From positions 1,120,001 through 1,184,000 of the forward strand of contig CAWANH010000029.1 of the NCBI GenBank assembly GCA_963783375.1: a stretch of 64,000 nucleotides of DNA. The letters run 5' to 3'. The translations under genes and the position numbers were made by a program. Within the stretch, counting starts at the first letter, position 1. Each line of letters begins with the position of its first letter. This document shows positions 49,836 to 58,882 of this stretch, piece after piece. This stretch comes from Candidatus Eiseniibacteriota bacterium (lineage in GTDB: Bacteria; Eisenbacteria; RBG-16-71-46; JABDJR01). The notes beneath the pieces are model-generated. The model was not told the origin of the DNA. It saw only the letters and a list, made by a program, of their open reading frames with translations, and made no database searches.

Positions 49836-52088
49836 TCCGACGCGAGGATTCCCTCACCTATCACGCTGCCGGGCGCCCCGGAAAGATCGAGGTGCGGGGG
49901 ACCAAGCCCTGCCTCACCCCGCGCGAGATGCGGCTGGCTTACCTCCCCGGCGCGGCATTCCCTTCGGCGGAGATCGCCGAGACCCCGGCCGAGGTATTCC
50001 GCTACACCGCGCGCGGGAATCTGGTGGGGGTGATCACCAATGGATCCGCCGTCCCCGGCCTCGGCAACGTCGGCCCCGAGGCGGCCAAGCCCATGCTCGA
50101 GGGGATGGCGGTGCTGTTCAAGCGCCTGGCTGACATCGACGTTTTCGATCTCGAACTCGCGGTGGAGGACCCCGATCACTTCGTGGAGGTGGTGAAGGCG
50201 CTGGAGCCCACCTTCGGCGGGGTGAACCTGAAGGACATCCGCGCCCCCGAGGGCCTCATCCTCTTCGACCGGTTGAGCGAGGCCCTCCACATCCCGGTTT
50301 TCCACGAGAACCTCTACAGCTCGGCGGTGGTGGCGGGGGCGGCGCTGCTGAACGCTCTCGACCTGGTGGAGAAACGGATCGGGGAGATCCGGGTTGTGGT
50401 GTGCGGGGCGGGCACCATGGGGACCGGCTGCGTGCGGCTTTTCCTGCGCCTGGGGGTGCGGCCGGAGAACCTCCTGGTCTACGACCTCCACGGCCTCGTG
50501 CATCCGGCGCGCACCGATCTCCACGACTTCCAGCGTCTCTACGCCCGCGACCACGCCGCGCGCACCCTGGCGGAAGGACTTCGAGGCGCCGACGTGTTCC
50601 TCGGAGCCTCGGCCGCCGGAGTCCTGACCCCCGAGATGATCCGCTCCATGGGCCGCTATCCGGTGGTCTTCGCCCTGGCCACCCCGGAGCCGGAGATCGG
50701 GTACGAAGCGGCGCGCTCTAGCCGGAAGGACGTGATCGTGGCCACCAGCCTCGGCCAGGACCCGAACGCGGTGGTGGACCTGTTGAGCTTTCCCTACATC
50801 TTCCGCGGGGCACTGGACGCCGGGGCCACCCGTATCACCGAGGGCATGCTGCTCGCGGCCTCGCGCGCCCTGGCCGAACTGGCCCGGGAGGACGTGGTGG
50901 AGGAGGTGGAGCGGGCCTACGGCCACCCGCACTTCGTCTTCGGACCGGAATACCTTCTCCCCAAGGCCATCGATCCCCGGATCCTGGTGCGGGAATCGGC
51001 GGCGGTGGCCCGCCAGGCGGTGGAGGAAGGGGTGGCGCGCCACCCCCTGGCCGACGCCGCCTACCAGGAGAGCCTCGCCGTCCGCCTGGGAACCGGAAGG
51101 GAGACCCTGCGCGGGCTGATCCTGAAAGCCCGCCAGGAAAACCCGCGGGTGGTCTTTCCCGAGGGCACCAACGAGACCATTCTTCGCGCCGCGGGCATCC
51201 TGCTCGACGAGGGGATCGCCCGACCGATCCTGCTCGGCCGCGAGGACGAGGTGCGGGAGTCGATCCGCCGGCTCGGGCTCGACCTGGGCGGGGTCCAGGT
51301 GGTGGATCCGGCGAAGAGCGCGCGGGCCGAGATCTACGCGGAGGCCTACTTCCGCATGCGGAGGCCGGCGCGGGGTCATGCGGGAGGCGGCCCGCGAACG
51401 GCTGGAGCGCCGGGACGTGTTCGCGGCCATGATGCTCCACTCCGGGGACGCGGACATGATGGTGGCGGGGATCCTCGCCCATTACGCGGAGTCCCTCCGC
51501 ACCATCCTCGAGGTGATCGGGCCCGCGCCGGGGGTGAAGCGGATCGCCAGCCACTACCTGGTGCTCCTCCCCAAGGACGTCTACCTGCTGGCCGACTGCG
51601 CGGTGAACATCGACCCCGATGCCGACGAGCTGGCGGAGACCGCCCTCATCTCCGCCCGCATGGCCCGCTCGGTGGGGATCGAGCCGAGGGTGGCCATGCT
51701 CTCCTTCTCCAACTACGGGAGCGTCGACCATCCCTCCACCCTGAAGGTCCGCCGGGCGGTGGAGATCGCCCGGGAGCGGGAGCCGGGACTCATCATCGAC
51801 GGCGAGATGCAGATCGCCACCGCGGTAAACGGGGAACTCCGGCGCGAGCACTTCCCCTTCACCCGGCTGGAGAAGGACGCCAACGTGCTGGTCTTCCCCG
51901 ATCTCCAGTCCGGCAACCTCGCGCTCCAGGTGCTCCAGCACCTCGGGGAGGCGGTGCCGATCGGACCGGTCCTCATGGGCACGCGGCTCCCGGCCCACCT
52001 CCTCCAGTACGGCACCACGGTGGAGGAGGTGGTGAACCTGACCGCGGTGGGGGTAGTGGAGGCGGCGGCGGCGCGGCGCTCGGGGTAG
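49832..52088 (+). CDS. maeB: MaeB-like (malic enzyme + phosphotransacetylase-like domain) protein with degenerate active site; one frameshift near 51365
   Basis: [15 protein letters not shown] and [10 protein letters not shown]; PTA-like VVFPEG, ADCAVN, AMLSFSN, DGEMQ and VFPDLQSGN; extra C at ~51365; ATGA overlap with the upstream gene. Confidence 0.88.
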
Positions 52089-52129
52089 GCGGGGGCGGCG
52101 GTCGGCGCCGGGACGGACCCCGCGCCGGC

Positions 52130-54418
52130 TCAGAGCGCGGCCAGGATCCGGCGGGCCTCCTCCGCCTCCGGACCCTTCGGATCGCCGGCCAGGTAGCGCT
52201 CCAGCTCCCGGCGCGCCCGGGCGGGCTCCCGGGCGACGGGGTTCAACGCGTGGAGGAGCCCGGCGGCCCGGATCACCTCCGGATCGGCGGGGACGGTTTC
52301 GGCAAGATAGCGGTCCAGGAACCCGGTGAGCTTCGCGAACCCCGGATACGCTTCGGGCCGGAGCGCCGAGGCCTCGGGTTGACAGAGGAGAATCGCGGCG
52401 CGAACGACGACGTCCTCCACCCGGCCGAGGTTCTCCGCCTCGAAGCTGGTGGGGTCGTAGCGGCGGAAGAAGCCGGCCAGCCGAAACCGCTCGAATTCGT
52501 TCAGGGCCTCGGCCGCCTGGTCTCCGAGGCCCGGCGCCTCTCCCTTGGGCGCCACGAGATCGACGAAGCCTCGGGGGACGAGATCGTAGCGCAGGGTGTA
52601 GCTCGTCTCCTTCACTCCGAGGAAGGCCGCCGGCCGCCGCCCGTTCAGGTGGTCCAGCCAGAGGACGTTCAACGTGCCGGGAAGCCCGGAGTACCGGTCG
52701 TCGGCCGGAGGGACCAACCCGGTGTTCGTGTAGGCGCGTTTCCGGTCGACGAAGAGGCTCTCGGGGGGGACGTCGCGGTCGATGCCCGCGATCTCGGTCG
52801 AGTCGAGGCTCACCAGCCGGTCGGGGGTCATGAAGCGAAGGCCGCCGGGCGCCCGGCCGAGGATCTTTCCCTCCAGCACCCGGCCCTCGGCGAGGCGCAC
52901 CCGCTCTCCCCCGCCGAGGGGCGGAAGGAGACCGGGGTGGCGGCGCCGGACCTCGCGCACGTACCAGCCCATGGTGAGAAGCTCCTGGTCCACCACGGTC
53001 ACGTCGGGGCGCTCCCCCTCCACCAGGGTGAGGTAGGCGAGGCCGTTGTGGAAGAGGTCCCCCTGGGTGAAGAGCACCGCGTTCGGAGGGAGCGAGGCGA
53101 GGACGTTCCGGTTGAGGTCCCCGGCGAAGGTGTTCCCGCGTTGATCCGCCAGGCGGAAGTGCGCGGCGAGGGGCCAGAGGCCGGCGGCGAGAACGAGTGC
53201 GAGGGCCGCCGCCGGCCGCGAGCGGTTCGGGAGGCGGGCGAGGAGCATCGCCGCGCCGAGCCCGGCGGCCAGGGCCAGCATCAGGTCGGGGAGGATGTAG
53301 AAGCGCTCCACCACCCCGAGATAGACCGCGGGGTGGGTGGGAAACCCGACCCGGGTGAAGAAGAGGGCCTGGAGGGCGAGGAACGCGGTCAGCACGAAGG
53401 CGAGGGCCCGCCGGCGACGGAGGGCGGTGGCCAGGCCGAGGATGGCCAGCGCCGTCCCGAGCGGGGTGAGATCGCGCCATACCGAGACCGCGTAGAGAAC
53501 TGCGTGGCTCCGGTCGGCGGTGAGCCCCGCCGCCTGGGGATCGAGACGCAAGGTGCCGTAGTCCATGCGGAGGAGGAGCCGCAGGAACGCTCGCCAGCCC
53601 TCGGGGTCGCCCCAGTTGAGCGCGGGGTGGCGCGCGGCGGTGATCGGAAGATAGGCGAGGACGGAGAGCCCCACCAGGAACACCGCAACCATCCAGGCGA
53701 GGGCTCGGGGGCCGAGCCGGTAGGGGCGGCGGTAGCCGGGAAGGAGTTTCCGCAGCCGGGGCTCCGGAAGCAGCACCAGGCACGCCGCGGCCAGGTCCAC
53801 CGGCAGGGCGAGGAGAACCAAGGTGTGGTGGTGCGCGGGAATGAGTCCGGTCAGGAGCGCAAGAAGAAAGAGCGGCCAGGGGCGGTTGCCTTCCCGTGGC
53901 GGTTCCGCGCCGAGTCCCGCGTGCTCGAGCATGTGGACGAAGGCGACCAGGATCGCCGCGGCGAAGACGCTCGAAAGGGCGAACACCTCGGCCACCAGGG
54001 CGTACTTCCAGAAGGGAGCGGCGAAGGCGAGCGTCAGCCCCGCCACGAACGCGCCGGGGGCCGAGCGGGTGAGCCGGTGGACGGCGTGGCCGAGGAGCGT
54101 CACCGCCCCCACCGAGAGCACCAGGGAGAAGAGGTTGAGCCGGAAGGCCACCGATCCCAACGGCACGAGGATGGCCCAGACGTGCGCGAGCAGGGTGTAG
54201 AGGGGATATCCGGGGGGATGCGCCACCCCGAGCGTCCAGGCCGCGGCGATGAGCTCGCCTGAGTCTCCGGCGGGCAGGCCGGGGTGGATCGTCCACGCGT
54301 AGACCACGGCGGCGATCGCTCCCGGGAGGAGGACCACGGAGAGGTTTCCCCCGCGCCGCGTCCCGCGCGGGGGGTCGCGGTCGAAGGCTCTGGTCGATGG
54401 TTCGGTTCGACTCGACAC
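52130..54418 (-). CDS. DUF2723/TMEM260-like GT-C membrane glycosyltransferase
   Basis: GDSGELIAAA...GVAHPPGYPLY, AEVF, HHHT, LNWGDP and ERFY motifs; start uncertain. Confidence 0.85.
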   Translation of the reverse strand: MSSRTEPSTRAFDRDPPRGTRRGGNLSVVLLPGAIAAVVYAWTIHPGLPAGDSGELIAAAWTLGVAHPPGYPLYTLLAHVWAILVPLGSVAFRLNLFSLVLSVGAVTLLGHAVHRLTRSAPGAFVAGLTLAFAAPFWKYALVAEVFALSSVFAAAILVAFVHMLEHAGLGAEPPREGNRPWPLFLLALLTGLIPAHHHTLVLLALPVDLAAACLVLLPEPRLRKLLPGYRRPYRLGPRALAWMVAVFLVGLSVLAYLPITAARHPALNWGDPEGWRAFLRLLLRMDYGTLRLDPQAAGLTADRSHAVLYAVSVWRDLTPLGTALAILGLATALRRRRALAFVLTAFLALQALFFTRVGFPTHPAVYLGVVERFYILPDLMLALAAGLGAAMLLARLPNRSRPAAALALVLAAGLWPLAAHFRLADQRGNTFAGDLNRNVLASLPPNAVLFTQGDLFHNGLAYLTLVEGERPDVTVVDQELLTMGWYVREVRRRHPGLLPPLGGGERVRLAEGRVLEGKILGRAPGGLRFMTPDRLVSLDSTEIAGIDRDVPPESLFVDRKRAYTNTGLVPPADDRYSGLPGTLNVLWLDHLNGRRPAAFLGVKETSYTLRYDLVPRGFVDLVAPKGEAPGLGDQAAEALNEFERFRLAGFFRRYDPTSFEAENLGRVEDVVVRAAILLCQPEASALRPEAYPGFAKLTGFLDRYLAETVPADPEVIRAAGLLHALNPVAREPARARRELERYLAGDPKGPEAEEARRILAAL

Positions 54419-54618
54419 AAATCCTCGGGGTGACGCGCGCCGCGGCCCGCCGGTCGCCGTCCGGAGTAAGGAACGAACGCGCCCGCCTCGGCCCGTCCGT
54501 TTCCGCCACAAGGTTAACTGACTGTAGGAGAACGCAGTACCCGGGTAAAGCCCGAACCGCCGGCATCTGCGATAATCGTCCGAACCCAAGAGCGACCGCC
54601 CCATCCCAAGGAGTCCTC

Positions 54619-55107
54619 ATGCCCTATACCCCCATCATCGGTACCCTCGGCTACGTGCTCTCCCCCGACCGCGCGCAAACGCTTCTCATCCACCGAAACG
54701 CCCGCCCCGACGACCAGCACCTGGGGAAATACAACGGACTGGGGGGGAAGATGGATCCTCACGAGGACGTGGTGACCTGCATGCGCCGGGAGATCCACGA
54801 GGAGGCGGGGATCCAGTGCGCGGAGATGGCGCTTCGGGGTACCATCAACTGGACGGGATTCGGTCCGCACGGCGAGGACTGGCTGGGGTTCATCTTCCGC
54901 ATCGACCGCTTCACCGGGACGCCGCTGGCCGAGAACCCGGAAGGGAGCCTGGTGTGGCATCCGGTGGACCGACTCCTGGAACTCCCTCTCTGGGAAGGCG
55001 ACCGGCACTTCCTCGACCTGGTGTTCGACGACGATCCGCGGACCTTTCACGGGGTCATGCCCTACGAGAACGACCGGCCCCTCTCCTGGAGCTACGTGCG
55101 GATCTGA
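54619..55107 (+). CDS. NUDIX hydrolase (8-oxo-dGTP diphosphatase, MutT/MTH1-like)
   Basis: KYNGLGGK...E...C..REIHEEAG Nudix box; LWEGD; AAGGAG RBS. Confidence 0.92.
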   Translation: MPYTPIIGTLGYVLSPDRAQTLLIHRNARPDDQHLGKYNGLGGKMDPHEDVVTCMRREIHEEAGIQCAEMALRGTINWTGFGPHGEDWLGFIFRIDRFTGTPLAENPEGSLVWHPVDRLLELPLWEGDRHFLDLVFDDDPRTFHGVMPYENDRPLSWSYVRI

Positions 55108-55193
55108 TCCCCCGACGATCGCCGGCATGAAAACGGGGCGGACCCGACAACGGGCCCGCCCCTTCGTTCATCGCGTTCCTGGCCGCGATCCGA

Positions 55194-58100
55194 TCACCGC
55201 ACCACGAACACCTTCTTCACCTGGGTCAGCCCCGGCGCCTGGATCCGGTAGAAGTACATGCCGCTCGGCATGGTCCGCCCGCCGGAGTCCCGGCCGTCCC
55301 AGTCGATCCGGTGGGCCCCCGCCGAGAGGTCCTCGTTCACCAGGGTCCGGACCCGCTGGCCCAGCACGTTATAGATCTCGACCAGCACCGGACCGGTGGC
55401 CGGTAGCACCAGCGTTCCCGGCTCCTGGGCGGTGGACGGATCCGACGTCGCGTCGCCCGGATCGGTGGGCGTCCCCGGATCGTTTCCGTTCCCCCAGGGG
55501 AGGAGCGTGTTGAAGGTGATCGGCTCCCCCAGGGCCAGGATGTCCGGCACCAGGTAGTCCGTCCCGTCCTGGGTCCGGTAGTGGAGCCCCAGGGGAACCG
55601 GCTTGGGGTTCGCCTTCACCTTCCCCGGGTCCGTCCCCAGGTCGGCGGCGAGCGCGGCCAGCCGGCGCACCGCGTTCCCGTCGTACATGAGCACCAGGTC
55701 GGGGAGCCCGTCTCCGGTCACCTCGGTCACCAGGTGGTAGTTGGGCTTCACCACCCCGAAGGTGTTGCCGACGTAGGCCTGGAGCGGGAGCACCCCCGAC
55801 ACGTCGAAGCCGTCGCCGGACGGGATGACCAGGGTGTAGGACACGGCGTTCCCGTCGAGGTCGGCGCCGGTGGCGGTGAACCCGGCCGAGCACACCGCTC
55901 CCCCGCCCTGATCGTGCGGAACGCGAACGTAGGTCGTGTCCCAGGCCATGTTGTCGCTGGCGTCGGTGGCCCGATGGATGACCGTGTACAGCCGGCCGCC
56001 CCCGCCTCCCTGCCGCTCGGACCGGAGGGAGAACATGACGTCCGCGGTTTCGGTGACCGCGTCCTGTATGTCGTCGACGGTGTTCCCGTCCCCCTTGCCG
56101 TTGTCCGGCTCGCTGGATTCGATGCTCTCCAGCACGAAGGTGGGGTTCGGGTCGCAGACGTCGCTCACCGTGACGTCGGCCTCGATCGGGGCCATCTTGT
56201 GGTTCGGAGGCCAGAGACAGTCCCGGTTCAGCTCCACCAGGATCTCCGGCGGCGTGGTGTCCTCCACCGTCACCGTGGCGGTGCAGGTCTCGGTGTTGCC
56301 GCAGGCGTCGGTCGCGGTGAAGGTGACCACCCTCGACCCGAGCACGAAGTAGTCCGGCGCATCGTTGGTGATGACCGGGTTCGCGGTGCAGTTGTCGCTG
56401 GCCGAGACCCCGGCGAAGAACGCCGTGAGCTGCGGGTCGGTCTTGGGGGTCCCCAGGTGCGACGTGCACTCGACCGTGGTGTCCGCCGGACAGGTGATCA
56501 CCGGCTTGATGCTGTCGATGACGTCCACCGTCTTCACGCAATCGGTGGCCGCATTTCCGCAGACGTCGTCGGCCTGGACGGTCAGCCTGACCGTGGCCGG
56601 GCAGCTCGTCAGAGCCGAGACCGTCACGCTCCCGGTGAAGGTCACGGTCTTCTCGTCCACCGCGGTCGGGGTCACCGAGACCGTGCCGTGGGAGGCGTTA
56701 CCGGTGATGACGTCGACGGAGACCGAGAACCCGTCGACGGCCATGGCCATGTCGTCGGTGATGCTTCCGCTGAAGGTCACCGTGGCCTCGCAGGACCCGT
56801 CCACCGAACCTCCGACCACGCTGCAGGAGATCGTGGGGGGACCGGCGTCCAGGGTGCAGAGGGCCTGCACCATGTCCAGCCGGCCGGCGCCGGCGTTGTT
56901 GTCGGGACCGGCGGCGTCGATGTCCACCGCCGAGGCGTTGAAGGCGGCGGCCACCTGGGCCGGGGTGAGGGTCGGATCGGCTTCCAGGAGCAGCGCGGCC
57001 AGCCCGGCGATGTGCGGGGTGGAGGCCGAGGTCCCGAAGAAACCGCACCCGCCGGCGGGAACCGGCGGACAGGAGCTTCCGCAGGCGAAGCAGCCGGCGC
57101 CGGAAACCGTGACGCCGTCGGTGGCCGCGCCGTCCGGTTTCAGGATGCTGGTCTGGGCCGGGAAGAAGCGGAGCGCGGGCCCGCGGCTGGAGTAGCTGGT
57201 GACGATGCTCGGGGAGGAGGCGTTGACCGCGGCGGCCACGTAGACCTGGGGCATCCGCGAGGCGCCGTTCAGGCTCCCGGCCTTCACCAGGTACTGGTCG
57301 TAGGAGAGGCCGCCGGCGAAGCTCCGGAGATCGATGAACACGTTCGGGGCCGAGCCGCCCACGTGGTCCACGACGATCTGGCCCGGGTTCCCCGCGGTGG
57401 CCGCGAAGGAAACGAACTCCGACGGGTTGTCGTTGCCGTTCTGGGTGTTGGTGGAGCTGGCGAGGATGTTGCCGGCGCCGTCCAGGACGTAGAGGTCGAG
57501 GTCCACTCCTGCGCTTCCGTAGAGTTCGCTCCACTGGAGTTCGATGTCGTTCTGGGCGGCGAGGGTGATGTTGAGGGTCACGTCGCCGCCGGCGAAGGCG
57601 TGCGGGTTGCTGAAGTTGGTGGGGCCGACGCTGGTGGCCCCGGCGCCGCTGAAGTTCCCCTGGTAGTGCTGGTTGCCGCGGTTCCCCGCCGAACAGGTGT
57701 AGAAGATGCCCGCGGCCACCGCGGCCTGCTTGGCCTGGGCGATGGGACCGTCCTCGAACAGCGGCTCCTCGGGGTGCGGCAGATCGTCGGTGATGATGTT
57801 CATGCCGGCGATCGCGGACAGGCTGGTGATGGCGTTGATCATGTTCGTCGTGCTCGGGTTCCCGCCGCAGAAGGCCAGGGTCGCGCCCGGGGCGAGATCG
57901 GCCACGATCTCGAGCATGGCCGTCCCCTCGTCCCCGGAGCCCGTGCAGCCCCCGGGGACGTTGACCGCGGGAAGCTCACCCCAACCCTGGGAGGTGGCCA
58001 GGCTCGTGACCCCGTCGGAGATCACCCCCACCGTGACCCCGGCGCCGGTGAGATTGAACGCCGCACGCGCGTCGTCGGCGTTGTGGATGGCGTCGCCCTC

Positions 58101-58679
58101 GGTGACCCGGGGGCCGAGGTCGGTGAACGAGGGCAGCATGTGCCGGATGAAGCGCACGTCGGACCGGGCGGCGAACTCCGAGAGCCGGGCGGCCGGGATC
58201 CACGCGGTGAGGTAGCCGTAGCCGCGGGCGACCTCGTCGAGGCGGCCCCCGATCGAGCGGAAATAGGCGTCGTCGAAGGACCCCACGTAGTCGACCTTGC
58301 ACTCCACGAGGAGGCGGCCGTCGGCGTCGATCGGCACCTCGTCGGTCGAGAAGGCCCTGGCTTCGATCAGCCGGGCCGGGGCAAGCACCCCTTCCGCTCC
58401 CAGGAATGCGAGCCGGTCGCGGATCATCGCATCGATCTTCTGGTCGGATTCCGAGAGGGCGCTCTTGGTGGCCCGGGCCACCGCGGGGGTGGTGACCGGC
58501 TGGTACACCGCGGGAACACCGGCCCGCTCGGCGGCGGCGCGCGCGGCCATCACGTCGGCCGGAAAGGGTTCCTGGGCCATGGCGGTCCCGGCCAGGACCA
58601 GGATCGCAAGGGCGAGCCCGGCCGGGATGACGGTTCGATTCAGGAATTTGCGGAGGGAGAGATATGCGGCGAACTTCAT
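55194..58679 (-). CDS. Secreted S8-family subtilase (D-E-S variant) with HYR-like and LWPPNHK domains and FlgD-Ig tail
   Basis: VGVISDG, GDEGTAM, SAGN and FFGTSASTPH; VTFTATDACGN; LWPPNHKM; WDGRD...SGMYFYRI. Confidence 0.9.
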   Translation of the reverse strand: MKFAAYLSLRKFLNRTVIPAGLALAILVLAGTAMAQEPFPADVMAARAAAERAGVPAVYQPVTTPAVARATKSALSESDQKIDAMIRDRLAFLGAEGVLAPARLIEARAFSTDEVPIDADGRLLVECKVDYVGSFDDAYFRSIGGRLDEVARGYGYLTAWIPAARLSEFAARSDVRFIRHMLPSFTDLGPRVTEGDAIHNADDARAAFNLTGAGVTVGVISDGVTSLATSQGWGELPAVNVPGGCTGSGDEGTAMLEIVADLAPGATLAFCGGNPSTTNMINAITSLSAIAGMNIITDDLPHPEEPLFEDGPIAQAKQAAVAAGIFYTCSAGNRGNQHYQGNFSGAGATSVGPTNFSNPHAFAGGDVTLNITLAAQNDIELQWSELYGSAGVDLDLYVLDGAGNILASSTNTQNGNDNPSEFVSFAATAGNPGQIVVDHVGGSAPNVFIDLRSFAGGLSYDQYLVKAGSLNGASRMPQVYVAAAVNASSPSIVTSYSSRGPALRFFPAQTSILKPDGAATDGVTVSGAGCFACGSSCPPVPAGGCGFFGTSASTPHIAGLAALLLEADPTLTPAQVAAAFNASAVDIDAAGPDNNAGAGRLDMVQALCTLDAGPPTISCSVVGGSVDGSCEATVTFSGSITDDMAMAVDGFSVSVDVITGNASHGTVSVTPTAVDEKTVTFTGSVTVSALTSCPATVRLTVQADDVCGNAATDCVKTVDVIDSIKPVITCPADTTVECTSHLGTPKTDPQLTAFFAGVSASDNCTANPVITNDAPDYFVLGSRVVTFTATDACGNTETCTATVTVEDTTPPEILVELNRDCLWPPNHKMAPIEADVTVSDVCDPNPTFVLESIESSEPDNGKGDGNTVDDIQDAVTETADVMFSLRSERQGGGGGRLYTVIHRATDASDNMAWDTTYVRVPHDQGGGAVCSAGFTATGADLDGNAVSYTLVIPSGDGFDVSGVLPLQAYVGNTFGVVKPNYHLVTEVTGDGLPDLVLMYDGNAVRRLAALAADLGTDPGKVKANPKPVPLGLHYRTQDGTDYLVPDILALGEPITFNTLLPWGNGNDPGTPTDPGDATSDPSTAQEPGTLVLPATGPVLVEIYNVLGQRVRTLVNEDLSAGAHRIDWDGRDSGGRTMPSGMYFYRIQAPGLTQVKKVFVVR

Positions 58680-58758
58680 GTTGAGCTCCGTTCTGGATAG
58701 GGGGACCGGGGAGCAGGCCGCCTTCAACCGGAGAGAGTCGGGAGACGGCAACGTGGCC

Positions 58759-58786
58759 AGTGTACCCGGATGATAGACAATTTCAA
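58759..58786 (-). promoter_or_regulatory. Putative sigma-70 promoter of the S8 protease
   Basis: Minus strand TTGAAA-N16-TACACT in an AT-rich patch. Confidence 0.5.
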
Positions 58787-58882
58787 TGGATAAAAGTGAC
58801 TGGTAATATTACCCGACAGGAGATGTCGGTTTTTCTGCCAATGGAGGAGCAGCCCCGGGCCGGAGCATCCCGATCCCCGGAT

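Noticed and set aside
44605-54620. Very long alternative-frame ORFs (44605-48831 minus, 48980-54262 plus, 50835-54620 minus, also 14018-17266 and 55581-58700)
   Set aside because: These are antisense or shifted shadows typical of high-GC coding DNA, or chimeras created by the frameshifts.
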